DNA of 32,000 bases from Helicobacter anatolicus (GCF_021300615.1 NZ_JAJTMY010000001.1:225095-257094); one strand, 5' to 3'. Counted from the stretch's first letter, positions 8,629-18,458 are shown. Numbers and translations: made by a program. The notes: a model not told the origin generated them from the letters alone.

Positions 8629-8669
8629 ATTTATAAATTTTTGAAATTAAAATAAATTAAGGAGAAGAT

Positions 8670-9953
8670 ATGAATTTACTCTGCAGTATTAATGATTTTA
8701 ATGAAGCTAAACAAGTGATAGTTGGTGGAGTAAATTCTCCGGTTAGGGCTTTTAAAAGTGTAGGAGGAAGCCCGGTTTTTATACAAAAAGGGCAGGGGTA
8801 TGAACTAATTGATGTGGATAATAATCATTACATTGATTTTGTGCAAAGTTGGGGACCTTTGATTTTTGGACATTGTGATAAAGATATAGAATCTGTGGTG
8901 ATGGATGCAATTAAAGAGGGACTTAGTTTTGGTGCTCCTACGGAAAAAGAGACAGAATTAGCAAAGATGATTATTAAGATGTATGAGGGGATTGATAAAA
9001 TAAGATTTGTGAGTTCTGGGACTGAAGCGGTGATGAGTGCGTTGCGTTTGGCGCGTGCTTATAGTAAAAGAGATGATATTTTAAAATTTGATGGTTGCTA
9101 TCATGGTCATAGTGATAGTTTATTAGTAAATGCGGGTAGTGGTTGTGCAACTTTTGGTGCTCCTAGCTCGCCAGGTGTGCCAGAAGATCTTAGCAAACAT
9201 ACTTTTGTAGCAAGATATAATGATATAGAATCTGTTCAGGAATGTTTTAAAAAAGGTAATATTGGTTGTGTGATTATTGAACCAATTGCTGGAAACATGG
9301 GGCTTGTGCCAGCAGATATTGAATTTTTGAAAGCCTTGAGAGAGATTTGTAATGCTTATGATGCGGTATTGATTTTTGATGAGGTGATGAGTGGTTTTAG
9401 AGCAGGGATTAATGGAATACAGGCATATTGTGATATTGTACCCGATCTCTTTACATTTGGAAAGGTGATTGGTGGAGGCATGCCCATGGCTGCATTTGGT
9501 GGTAAAGAAGAAATTATGAAACTTTTATCGCCAAGCGGCAGTGTTTATCAAGCTGGAACATTAAGTGGGAATCCTGTCGCAGTTTCTGCAGGACTTGCGG
9601 CATTGTGCAAAATTGAGCAAAATCCACATATTTATCAAGAAATGGAAAAACTAGCTTTAAGGCTTACAGAGGGATTAAAAAAACTTGCAAAGGAAAATAA
9701 TATTGCATTGCAAACTTGTGTAAGAGGTAGTATGTTTGGATTTTTCTTTAATGAAGGTGTAGTTAAAAATTTCGATGATGCTAAAAAAAGTGATACAGAA
9801 ATGTTTGCAAGATTTCATCAAGCAATGTTACATAAGGGAGTTTATTTTGCTTGTTCGCAATTTGAAACAGGATTTATTTGTACTCCAATGAATGAAGAGG
9901 TAATTGATAAGGTGCTTAATAGGGCTGATGAAGTTTTTAAAGAAATACAATGA
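8670..9953 (+). CDS. hemL: Glutamate-1-semialdehyde 2,1-aminomutase
   Basis: 427 aa. [25 protein letters not shown] and FGKVIGGG (PLP lysine) motifs. AAGGAG SD 6 nt upstream. Confidence 0.95.
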   Translation: MNLLCSINDFNEAKQVIVGGVNSPVRAFKSVGGSPVFIQKGQGYELIDVDNNHYIDFVQSWGPLIFGHCDKDIESVVMDAIKEGLSFGAPTEKETELAKMIIKMYEGIDKIRFVSSGTEAVMSALRLARAYSKRDDILKFDGCYHGHSDSLLVNAGSGCATFGAPSSPGVPEDLSKHTFVARYNDIESVQECFKKGNIGCVIIEPIAGNMGLVPADIEFLKALREICNAYDAVLIFDEVMSGFRAGINGIQAYCDIVPDLFTFGKVIGGGMPMAAFGGKEEIMKLLSPSGSVYQAGTLSGNPVAVSAGLAALCKIEQNPHIYQEMEKLALRLTEGLKKLAKENNIALQTCVRGSMFGFFFNEGVVKNFDDAKKSDTEMFARFHQAMLHKGVYFACSQFETGFICTPMNEEVIDKVLNRADEVFKEIQ

Positions 9954-10234
9954 GTAAAGATAAAAAAATTAAAAAAATTATTTCTGGGGTTTATGATTTA
10001 AGCTTAGGAATCTCCATTGTTGTGGCGATTGTATTAGGTGTAGGAGTGGGATACATTTTGAAAAAATGGCTGGGTCTTGAATGGTTGTTTTGGCTTGGTG
10101 TTTTTTGGGGTATTGGAGGAGCATTGTTAAATATTAAAAAAGCATATAATCGTACAAAAAAAGAACTAGAAACCATAAAAGATGATATTAAATATAGTTA
10201 TTATCAAGATGGAGAGAAAAAAAAGGATGTGTAA
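9950..10234 (+). CDS. Small two-TM membrane protein, AtpZ/AtpI-like
   Basis: 94 aa. ATGA overlap with the hemL stop. Two hydrophobic helices ([35 protein letters not shown]) resemble the AtpZ/AtpI family. Family call is tentative. Confidence 0.5.
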   Translation: MSKDKKIKKIISGVYDLSLGISIVVAIVLGVGVGYILKKWLGLEWLFWLGVFWGIGGALLNIKKAYNRTKKELETIKDDIKYSYYQDGEKKKDV

Positions 10235-10634
10235 AATTAAATGCTTGTTTATTTTATTGGGGGTTAATTTAATAGGAGCTGCTGCATTATATGGATATAT
10301 GGGGTGGAGTTGGTATTTATTAAATTATGAGATGGGATTTTTCGGGTTTTTTCTTGTGAGTATTGCAAGCTATTTAGGGTTAAAAAAGCGTGTGGAAAAT
10401 GAAGTAAATGCTATGCAACAAGAAAATTTTAAAAAACAAAAATATTCTAAGTGGATTTTAGGAATTCAGGTTTTTACTATATGGACAAGATTGTTAGCTT
10501 ATTTATTGATGATTGTTGGGATTTTTGTATTGATGTTTTTTGAAATTTTTAATCTTTATGTATATTTGTTTGGAATTTTTTTAAGTTTAATTAATATTTT
10601 ATTTTTGCAGTATTTGAATTTAAAAAAACAATAA
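10182..10634 (+). CDS. Integral membrane protein of unknown function
   Basis: Four predicted TM helices. The start is ambiguous (ATG at 10182, 10209 or 10227; none has a strong SD). [11 protein letters not shown] at 10209 gives a typical positive-inside N-terminus. Confidence 0.55.
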   Translation: MILNIVIIKMERKKRMCKIKCLFILLGVNLIGAAALYGYMGWSWYLLNYEMGFFGFFLVSIASYLGLKKRVENEVNAMQQENFKKQKYSKWILGIQVFTIWTRLLAYLLMIVGIFVLMFFEIFNLYVYLFGIFLSLINILFLQYLNLKKQ

Positions 10635-10715
10635 AAGTTGTAGATTTTCTATAAAATATTTAAAAAATTTTTCCTAAAATCCTTCCGAAAAACTAAAAAA
10701 ATATTCTTTATAAGA

Positions 10716-10721
10716 TATAAT
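10716..10721 (+). promoter_or_regulatory. Candidate -10 box (TATAAT) for the fdh accessory/structural operon
   Basis: A perfect TATAAT lies 34 nt upstream of the ATG at 10756, in a 121-bp AT-rich gap. Confidence 0.35.
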
Positions 10722-10755
10722 ACTGCTATTAGATTGACATTTTTAGGACGATTAG

Positions 10756-12270
10756 ATGTATGAAAAACTAATAAGAATTTTTTCGCAAGAAAAACAAAAA
10801 ATCTTGCAAGAAAGTTTTGAAATCTATCAAGATTATTCTGATTTTTTGCGTTTTTATTCTTTAGAAATTGCTCCTACAGTATTGATTCTTGGTGAGGGAG
10901 AAGAAGTTGAAGAATTTGCAGCAATGTTAGATTCTTATGAAAAAATCAATTATCAAGTTGGCGTGCTGTCTCCAAAAGAGGTAGTAGCAATTAATGGTCA
11001 TTTGGGGCAATTTGAAGCCAAGATAAAAAGAGAAGATTCCTTATTTAGCTTACAATTTGCACAAATGGTGTTATTTTATGAAGATGAGAATCTAAAAAGA
11101 TTTATGGGCTGTGAAAATGTGCAGGATTATGAAACCCCACAAGATTTGATTGATATTTTAGATTCTAGAGTAGGGACTTATAGCTACCATAATATTATTC
11201 ATTATAATGCTGATAAATGCCAGTATCATCATCGTCGTCCTGATAAAAAAGGAGAGGGATATTGCCATGCTTGCGCGGATTCTTGTCCAACTTTTGGCGT
11301 GAGTAAAAATGACTCCTTGATGGAGTTACAGTTTTCTGCGCTTGATTGTATTAGTTGTGGGGCTTGTGTGATGGCTTGCCCCACAGGTTCTGTACAAAGA
11401 GATGGGTATGATAAAGAATCTCTTTATGAAATTGCAAAACTTTATAAAAATATTGTGCCTGTGGTGGTGGATGCGAGCACAAGTCAAGATGTTTTAGATA
11501 TTGATTTTGGTAATACATTAGCCTTTGTTGTTGCACAAACTCATCTTTTAAACGAAACCTATCTTTTAAGTATTGTGCAAGAAAGTAGTGCGCAAGTTGT
11601 AATTTATGATCCACAGAAAAATATGGCATTAATGAGTGCCATAGAGTTTTTAAATAATATTTTTCAGAAAAAATATCAAAGAGATGCGGTTTTACTAGCT
11701 CATGATAAAGAAAAGTTACAAGAAAAAATTAAGCTTGCTGGGGTATATAGTGACTTTGCCTATACCTATAGACAGGGTCAAAAAGATGCGTTGCGTCACA
11801 TATTTTCAGAACGCTTAAAATTTGTAGTTAAAGATGATATTCTTGGATTTATCCCAAATACTTATAATACTTACGGGCGTGTGATTGTAAATCAAGATAA
11901 ATGTACATTATGTATGAGTTGTGTGGGTGCATGTAATGTACAGAGTTTGAGTGCAGGAGATTTTTCACTGATGCATAATCCAAGCCTTTGCACTACTTGT
12001 GGTTATTGTGTAGATTCTTGTCCTGAACAAGCAATTAGCGTAAAATTTGATGGAATTAATTTGGAGCCAAAATGGTTTGAACATGAGATTGTAGCACGAG
12101 ATAGAGGATTTGAGTGTGTAGAGTGCGGTAAGATTTTTGCTAATACAAAAGCTGTTGAAAAGATTAAAAATATGATGACGCCAATTTTTAAAAATGATGC
12201 TGCAAGATTACGATCTTTGGAGTGTTGTGAGACCTGTAAGGTTAAGGTAATGTTTGGAGTGCAGTCATGA
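10756..12270 (+). CDS. Multi-cluster 4Fe-4S ferredoxin-domain protein with C-terminal CxxC...CCxxC ribbon; formate dehydrogenase-associated
   Basis: 504 aa. Cys motifs are CQYHH..CHACADSCP, CISCGACVMACP, CTLCMSCVGACN and CTTCGYCVDSCP, plus a terminal CVECG...CCETC. ATGA-coupled to the TorD-like gene that follows. Confidence 0.75.
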   Translation: MYEKLIRIFSQEKQKILQESFEIYQDYSDFLRFYSLEIAPTVLILGEGEEVEEFAAMLDSYEKINYQVGVLSPKEVVAINGHLGQFEAKIKREDSLFSLQFAQMVLFYEDENLKRFMGCENVQDYETPQDLIDILDSRVGTYSYHNIIHYNADKCQYHHRRPDKKGEGYCHACADSCPTFGVSKNDSLMELQFSALDCISCGACVMACPTGSVQRDGYDKESLYEIAKLYKNIVPVVVDASTSQDVLDIDFGNTLAFVVAQTHLLNETYLLSIVQESSAQVVIYDPQKNMALMSAIEFLNNIFQKKYQRDAVLLAHDKEKLQEKIKLAGVYSDFAYTYRQGQKDALRHIFSERLKFVVKDDILGFIPNTYNTYGRVIVNQDKCTLCMSCVGACNVQSLSAGDFSLMHNPSLCTTCGYCVDSCPEQAISVKFDGINLEPKWFEHEIVARDRGFECVECGKIFANTKAVEKIKNMMTPIFKNDAARLRSLECCETCKVKVMFGVQS

Positions 12271-12878
12271 TTGAGCAAAAAAGTTTAGATAATCAAATAA
12301 TAAAATCTAGAATCTTATACTATGATTTTCTTGCAAATTTATTTTTGTATGAACTTTTAGAGCAAAAACAAGAAGTTTTGGTAAAACAAGTTGAGCTTTT
12401 AGGACAATATCCATTAGATGAAATTAATGAAAATGATTTTAAAAATATGCATGCAAACTTGGTGGGTGATTTTGGTTTGATTGTGGCGCAATATACAAAA
12501 ATTTTTTCATTACCTTTTAGCCTTGATGGCAAGAGTTGTGTATCGCTTTATCTTTCACATTATAAAGAAGGTTGTAATGGTGGTGAAAGTTTAGTGCAAG
12601 TTAAGCGGAGTTTGAAAGAAAATAGTTTTTATTTGAATAAAAACTTTTCAAAAGAAAATGAAGATCATTTAGGTATTTTATGTTTGTTCATGAAGCAACT
12701 TTTACAAGATGATAAAATTATTGAGGCAAATAAAGTCTATCAAGAGTATATTTTTCCGATGAAAGAGCCTATTATTTCAGGGATGAGGCAATTTGAGGAA
12801 TGTGATTTTTATCTGAATGTAGCAAATATTTTTGAAGTATTTTGTATATTAGAAGATAGTATATGTGGCTTGATCTAA
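12267..12878 (+). CDS. TorD/DmsD-family redox-enzyme maturation chaperone (position of C. jejuni Cj1514c/FdhM)
   Basis: 203 aa, all-helical-looking. ENEDHLGILCLFM matches the (E/P)DH(L/I)...L.FM signature of TorD-family chaperones. Sits immediately upstream of the Tat-dependent fdhA. Confidence 0.7.
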   Translation: MIEQKSLDNQIIKSRILYYDFLANLFLYELLEQKQEVLVKQVELLGQYPLDEINENDFKNMHANLVGDFGLIVAQYTKIFSLPFSLDGKSCVSLYLSHYKEGCNGGESLVQVKRSLKENSFYLNKNFSKENEDHLGILCLFMKQLLQDDKIIEANKVYQEYIFPMKEPIISGMRQFEECDFYLNVANIFEVFCILEDSICGLI

Positions 12879-12937
12879 ACTCTATGTGTTTGTAGGGTTT
12901 ATATGGGGCTACCCCAAAATCTTTTCAAGGAGATAGT

Positions 12938-13138
12938 ATGCAAAAAAATTCTCGTAGAGAGTTTTTGAAGACGACTACAAAAGCTTCTGTTGCTGTTGCT
13001 GTTGGCGGGCTTGCGCTCACAGGATGTAAAGAAGATAGCAAAAAGATTGGCGTTGTAGAAGGTAAGTCTGTAAAAGATGAAGTGCTGTATACAGGTAATA
13101 CACAATATTGGAAAACCTATTATTCAGTAGCAAAGTAA
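12938..13138 (+). CDS. Small Tat-signal protein of the formate-dehydrogenase region, with a lipobox-like LTGC
   Basis: 66 aa. SRREFLK twin-arginine motif, hydrophobic core, LALTGC. C-terminal YTGNTQYWKTYY tail. AAGGAG SD 5 nt upstream. Confidence 0.7.
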   Translation: MQKNSRREFLKTTTKASVAVAVGGLALTGCKEDSKKIGVVEGKSVKDEVLYTGNTQYWKTYYSVAK

Positions 13139-13163
13139 AACTAAAAAAATAAGGAAGTAAAGT

Positions 13164-15980
13164 ATGAGCGAAAATAACATAAAACGACAATCTCGTCGTG
13201 CTTTTATGAAAATGTCTGCTCTTGCTGGTGCTGCTTCTATTTCTAGTGTTTTAGCAAATGACACTGAAGAAATTTTGAAACATGCAGGAAAACAAGAGTT
13301 GGGTGAAGCATATCCAGGATCACAAAAAATCAAAACAATTTGTACGCATTGTTCTGTTGGATGTGGAATTATTGCTGAAGTAAAAGATGGCGTATGGGTG
13401 CGCCAAGAAGTTGCACAAGACCATCCAGTATCACAAGGCGGCCACTGCTGTAAAGGTGCGGATATGATTGATCGTGCAAGAAGTGAGACTAGACTTCGCT
13501 ATCCTATTGAGAAGGTAAATGGCGAGTGGAAGAGAACTACTTGGGATTCTGCGATGAGTAAGATAGCAACACAGCTAAAAGAGATTCGTGAAAAACACGG
13601 CCCTGATAGTGTAATGTTTATTGGTTCTGCAAAAGTGAGCAATGAACAAAGCTATTATATTAGAAAATTTGCAGCGTTTTTTGGTACAAATAATATAGAT
13701 CATCAAGCTAGAATTTGACATTCCCCAACAGTTGCCGGTGTGGCAAATACATTTGGATATGGTGGAATGACAAATCACCTAGGAGATATGCAATTCTCTA
13801 AATTTATCTTGATTATTGGTGCAAATCCTGCGGTAAATCACCCTGTGGGCATGGTACATCTTTTGCGTGCAAAAGAAGCAGGTGCAAAGATTGTATGTGT
13901 TGATCCGCATTTTAGTAAAACAGCGGTAAAAGCAAATGAATATGTTCGCATTAGAAGTGGTACGGATGTGGCATTTATTTATGGGATGATTAATTATATT
14001 GTAGAGCAAAAGCTTTATGATGAAAAATACCTAAAAGAGCGAGTATATGGATATGAGGAGATTTTTAAAGAAGCAAAAAAATATCCTTTAAATGTTGCGG
14101 CTGATGTTACAGGGATCCCAGCAGAAACAATTAAAAGAGTTGCCACTGAGATGGCAAAGGCTAAACCTGCATCATTGATTTGGAATCAAGGTTTGACACA
14201 ACATACTGTAGGTACTAACAATACGCGTATTATGCCTATCTTGCAACTTATACTAGGCAATATTGGTAAAGTTGGTGGCGGTGTGAATATTTTAAGAGGC
14301 CATGATAATGTTCAAGGTGCTTCTGATATGGGAAATCTTTCTGATACATTGCCAGGATATTATGGTCTTGGAGAAGGTCCTTGGAGACATTTTTGTAAGC
14401 ATTGGCATGTGGATTATGAGTGGATGAAGGGACGATTTAAGTCAAAAGAATTGATGGAAAAAACAGGTTATGCTTTATCTACTTGGAGATTTGGTGTATT
14501 AGAGGAAGAAAACTTTGCAAATAATGGTAGTACACCTCTAAAAGCTTTAGTAGTTATTGGTAATGGTATTTCTACAACATCTTTACTTGATAAGACTAAG
14601 GCAGCACTTGATAAGATGGATTTGGTAGTATTTATTGATCCTTATGTAAATGATGTTGCAGTAATAACAGATAGAAAAGATAATATGTTCTTATTACCTG
14701 CTGCTTCGCAAATGGAAACTAGTGGTTCAGTTGCTGCGACTAATCGTGCTTATCAATGGAGATATCAAGTCATCAAACCTATGTTTGAATGTAGAGAAGA
14801 TCATGAAATTTTATTTGATTTAGCAGAGAGATTAGGGTTTAAGAAGGAATTCCAAAAATCACTATATGAAATTGCTAAAAAAGAAGGTAGAAAAGAATTT
14901 ATTTGGCCAGATGACGCAACAACAGAAATGGCACAAAGTATTAGAAGTATTGCATTGCAAGGTATGAGTGCAAAACGCTTGAAGGAACATTGTGATAATT
15001 GGCACATGTTTGATAAGGTGACCTTAGCAGGCTATGGTCCAATGAAAAATCAGTATTATGGCTTGCCTTGGCCTTGTTGGAGTGAAAAACACCCTGGAAC
15101 TCCTATAATGTATAATGATAGTGTTCCTGTAATGCAAGGTGGTATGGGCTTTAGAATGAATTGGGGTGAAAAAGCACCAGATGGTACTAGTATGTATAGT
15201 CCAAGAAAATTGCCAAACTCTAAGATAGCGGGACATCCTGCAATTACTGCGGACAATATTGAAGGCGTATTAAATATCAAATTGAGTGCTAAGGAAAAAG
15301 AAGCAGTGAAAGGAACAACCTTTGCTACCGGCACTACTAATATTTTGGTAGAAAAAGCATTGGAAGCAGGAATCTGTCCTTATGGTAATGGAAAGGCTAG
15401 AATGATTGTATGGAATTGGTATGATAAAATTCCTCTACATAGAGAGCCATTACATTCTATTAGACAAGATTTAGTAGGCAAATATCCGACATTCCCAGAT
15501 AAAAAAGATTTATTCCGTGCTAATGTGAGATTTGCAAGTGAGCAAAATAAAGATTGGAAAAAAGATTATCCACTTAATATGCTTACAGGAAGACTTGTAT
15601 CACACATGGGAACAGGAACAGAGACAAGAAGTGCTAAATATCTAGCAGAAATTTATCATACAATGTTTGTAGAGATCCATCCAAATACTGCATTTAATTT
15701 AGGTATTAAAGATGGTGATGATGTATGGGTACATGGAGTTGGTGGCACTAAAATTTTGGTAAAAGCTAAGCACTCTTATCGTGTTGATGAGCAAAGTGTA
15801 TTCTTACCTCAAAACTTCTCTGGAATTTATAGTGGTAAGAATCTTATTGACCGTTATCCAGAGGGAACTAAGCCTTATGCGGTAGGTGAAGCAGCTTCTT
15901 TAGTAGTGGGGTATGGGTATGATTATAATACTGCATGTCCTGAGACAAAAAGCGGTTTATGTCGCGTAGAGAAAGCATAA
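13164..15980 (+). CDS. fdhA: Formate dehydrogenase catalytic subunit (molybdo/tungstopterin), selenocysteine-containing, Tat-exported
   Basis: Track ORFs 13164-13718 and 13740-15980 share a frame and are separated only by TGA at 13716-13718. The context HQARI-U-HSPTVAGVANTFGYGGMTNH matches the conserved HQAR(V/I)-U/C-H.PTV active-site block of FdnG/FdhA. SRRAFMK Tat signal. CTHCSVGCG...C Fe-S motif. 938 aa when read through. Confidence 0.93.
13716..13769 (+). other. Selenocysteine UGA codon plus SECIS-like stem-loop
   Basis: Upper hairpin: TTGCC (13732-13736), loop GGTGT (13737-13741), GGCAA (13742-13746). With the U of UGA numbered 1, this puts G23 and U24 in the apical loop, as in the E. 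coli fdhF SECIS. Possible lower stem CATTCC (13719-13724) with GGAATG (13764-13769). Confidence 0.7.
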
Positions 15981-15990
15981 GGAGGTTAAA

Positions 15991-16641
15991 ATGAGCGGAC
16001 AAAATCAAGTGCCTTTTACTGCAGGCGGTTTTAATGCAGTAAGTCATTCTAGAATTAAATTTTATTGTGATGATGAGAGATGTATTGATTGCCATGGCTG
16101 TGATGTTGCTTGTAAAGAAGCGCATCATTTGCCAGTTGGTGTAAGCAGAAGACGTGTCATTACTTTTAATGAGGGAATTGTAGGTAAAGAAAAGTCTATT
16201 TCTATTGCTTGTATGCATTGTGCTGATGCCCCTTGTGCAAAAGTTTGTCCTGTGGATTGTTTTTATATTCGTGCAGATGGAATTGTTTTGCATAATAAAA
16301 ATACTTGCATTGGTTGTGGTTATTGTCTTTATGCTTGCCCATTTGGTGCGCCACAATTTCCAACAAGCGATGTGTTTGGATCTAGAGGTTCTATGGATAA
16401 ATGTACATTCTGTGCAGGTGGTCCAGAAGAAACATTTAGTGAAGAAGAGTATAAGCTTTATGGACAAAATAGAATTGCTGAAGGAAAAGTTCCTGCTTGT
16501 GCTGCAATGTGTTCTACAAAAGCATTGTTGGCAGGTGGATCTGATGAAGTAAGCAATATTATTCGTCATAGAGCAGTTACAAAAGGTATGGGAACCGCAG
16601 AGACTCCATATATTTGGAGTAAGGCATATGGTGACAAATAA
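15991..16641 (+). CDS. fdhB: Formate dehydrogenase iron-sulfur subunit
   Basis: 216 aa with four Cys clusters (CIDCHGCDVAC, CMHCADAPC, CIGCGYCLYACP, CTFC...C). GGAGG SD. Confidence 0.9.
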   Translation: MSGQNQVPFTAGGFNAVSHSRIKFYCDDERCIDCHGCDVACKEAHHLPVGVSRRRVITFNEGIVGKEKSISIACMHCADAPCAKVCPVDCFYIRADGIVLHNKNTCIGCGYCLYACPFGAPQFPTSDVFGSRGSMDKCTFCAGGPEETFSEEEYKLYGQNRIAEGKVPACAAMCSTKALLAGGSDEVSNIIRHRAVTKGMGTAETPYIWSKAYGDK

Positions 16642-16650
16642 GGAGATTGA

Positions 16651-17643
16651 ATGAAAAAAATGAAGTTTTTTGTTCTTGCTTTTTTTGTAGTTTTTGGAGT
16701 GCAGTTTGCATTTGCAAAAAAAGAAGAGCATACAAGTATAGATTTTTCATACAATCAAAAGATCTATGGCACACCACAAATTGAGGCTATTAAGGGGTGG
16801 GGGTTAAAATCCCCTACATCTGGCGTAGTAAGTGGTTCTGTAATGCAGATGGATGGTGTGGGTATTGGTTTGGCAGATAATGGGGAAAAAATTACAGGAA
16901 TCAGGGGATGGCAAGGACTTGGTGAAGGTTTTACAATTTTACAGCATAAGTATTTTGCCCTGATCTTTTTTTTAATTCTCATTGGAGTGCCTTTGGCATT
17001 TTTTGGCCATAACAGAATTGTAGGACCAAAACGATTTGGGCATCATGGCAAGAAGATTAAGGTTTTTTCAAGCTATAATATTTTTGTGCATTGGGGTGCT
17101 GCTATTCCATTTGTTTTGATTTGTATCACAGGACTTATGATGGTCTTTGGTGATAAATTAGGTGGTGGTATGTTGATTCGTACAGCAAAAAATATACACT
17201 TCCTTGCAACTTGGGTTTTTATTGTTTTTGGTCCTTTGATGTTTTTGATGTGGGTAAAGCCTGCATTATTTAAGCTTTATGATATTGAGTGGATGAAAAT
17301 TATGGGTGGTTATCTTTCTCAAGAAAAAAGAGAGATACCTGCAGGAAAATTTAATGCTGGTCAAAAAATGTGGTTTTGGCTTGCTACAGTTGGTGGCTTT
17401 ATCATGGCTATTACTGGCTTGTTTATGCATTTTTTCTGGGCAGATATTAACACTTTGAGACTTTTTGCAATTATTCATAATGTTCTAGGTTTTGGTGTTT
17501 TAGCATTGCTAATTACTCATATTTATATGGCGGTATTTGCTATTGAAGGGGCTTTAGAATCTATTTTAAATGGACATATGGGTGAAGAAGAATTAGCACT
17601 TTTGCATAGTTATTATTATAAGGAATTAACAGGTGCAAAATAA
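16651..17643 (+). CDS. fdhC: Formate dehydrogenase cytochrome b membrane subunit
   Basis: 330 aa. N-terminal signal-like segment, then multiple TM helices with conserved His (FVHWG, IHFLATW, IIHNVLG, ITHIYMA), typical of FdnI/FdhC dihaem cytochromes b. GGAGA SD. Confidence 0.85.
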   Translation: MKKMKFFVLAFFVVFGVQFAFAKKEEHTSIDFSYNQKIYGTPQIEAIKGWGLKSPTSGVVSGSVMQMDGVGIGLADNGEKITGIRGWQGLGEGFTILQHKYFALIFFLILIGVPLAFFGHNRIVGPKRFGHHGKKIKVFSSYNIFVHWGAAIPFVLICITGLMMVFGDKLGGGMLIRTAKNIHFLATWVFIVFGPLMFLMWVKPALFKLYDIEWMKIMGGYLSQEKREIPAGKFNAGQKMWFWLATVGGFIMAITGLFMHFFWADINTLRLFAIIHNVLGFGVLALLITHIYMAVFAIEGALESILNGHMGEEELALLHSYYYKELTGAK

Positions 17644-18424
17644 CTTTATAAGCTCTTTGCCTTGTTTAAGAGTTTATGAAAATGGCGAGAGTATCGACCA
17701 GCAAGATAGTATCATTAAGGAGGAGCGTATTGCTCTCTACCTTAATGGTACAAAAATTCTTTCTACAATGAGTATTCCTCAAGATCAAGATGCACATTCT
17801 ATTGGTTTTTTGTTAAGTGAAGGTGTGATTGAGAGTGTTGCTGATATTATAAAAGTCGAGATTGTTGATGATGGTTTGCGAGTAAATGTTGATGCAAAAA
17901 TTAATGAGGAAAATCTTGTAAATCTTTATCGGGAAAAAACTTTGACTTCTGGGTGTTGTGTAGGTGTAACGGGTAATTTTGAGGGCAAGATTATTGAAAA
18001 ATTCGTGGCTTCACAAGTGCGTGTTCCTATTGAAATGATTTGGAAAACACTAGGGTATTTTTATGAAGAAAATGATTTGTTTAATCAGACAGGTTGTGTG
18101 CATAAGGCAATGTTGGTTGATGCAAAAGGGGAAATTATACAGCAGGCTTTTGATGTTGGTAGGCATAATGCAATTGATAAAGTTGTAGGTAAGGCAAGAT
18201 TAAATCATGATGATTTAAGTAAATCAGTGCTTTTTGTTAGCGGAAGACTTTCTTTAGAGATGATGATTAAGACAGCAATGCATGATATTCCTATTGTGGT
18301 ATCAAGGGCTGCAACTACGCAATTAGCGATTCAATCTGCTCAAAAACTTGGAATTACTCTTGTAGGATTTGCAAGAGAGGGGCGATGTAATATTTATACT
18401 CATAAATCTAGGATTATTCTTTAG
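17633..18424 (+). CDS. fdhD: Formate dehydrogenase accessory sulfurtransferase FdhD
   Basis: 263 aa. Blocks EERIALYLNG, SGCC.G, TGCVHKA, VGRHNAIDKVVG and SGRLSLEMMIKTAMHDIPIVVSRAATT are typical of FdhD. Overlaps the fdhC stop by 11 nt. Confidence 0.9.
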   Translation: MQNNFISSLPCLRVYENGESIDQQDSIIKEERIALYLNGTKILSTMSIPQDQDAHSIGFLLSEGVIESVADIIKVEIVDDGLRVNVDAKINEENLVNLYREKTLTSGCCVGVTGNFEGKIIEKFVASQVRVPIEMIWKTLGYFYEENDLFNQTGCVHKAMLVDAKGEIIQQAFDVGRHNAIDKVVGKARLNHDDLSKSVLFVSGRLSLEMMIKTAMHDIPIVVSRAATTQLAIQSAQKLGITLVGFAREGRCNIYTHKSRIIL

Positions 18425-18458
18425 CTACAAAAGAATGATTTTATTTTACATTTTGTAG
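18425..18458 (+). terminator. Weak hairpin after fdhD (possible operon terminator)
   Basis: CTACAAAA (18425-18432) pairs with TTTTGTAG (18451-18458) across an 18-nt loop, followed by A/T-rich sequence. AT-rich stem and large loop, so weak. Confidence 0.3.

Noticed and set aside
13164-13718. Truncated 184-aa fdhA fragment ending at TGA, which could be read as a pseudogene or as a separate small gene
   Set aside because: The downstream ORF is in the same frame. The TGA sits at the conserved Sec/Cys active-site position, and a SECIS-like hairpin follows at canonical spacing. It is treated as one selenoprotein gene.
15868-16731. 287-aa Cys-rich ORF on the minus strand
   Set aside because: It lies entirely antisense to fdhB and the start of fdhC. 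Its Cys/Thr/Asn-rich, low-complexity composition mirrors the Cys-rich fdhB codons. It has no SD and no recognisable domain, whereas fdhB and fdhC have strong motif and SD support.
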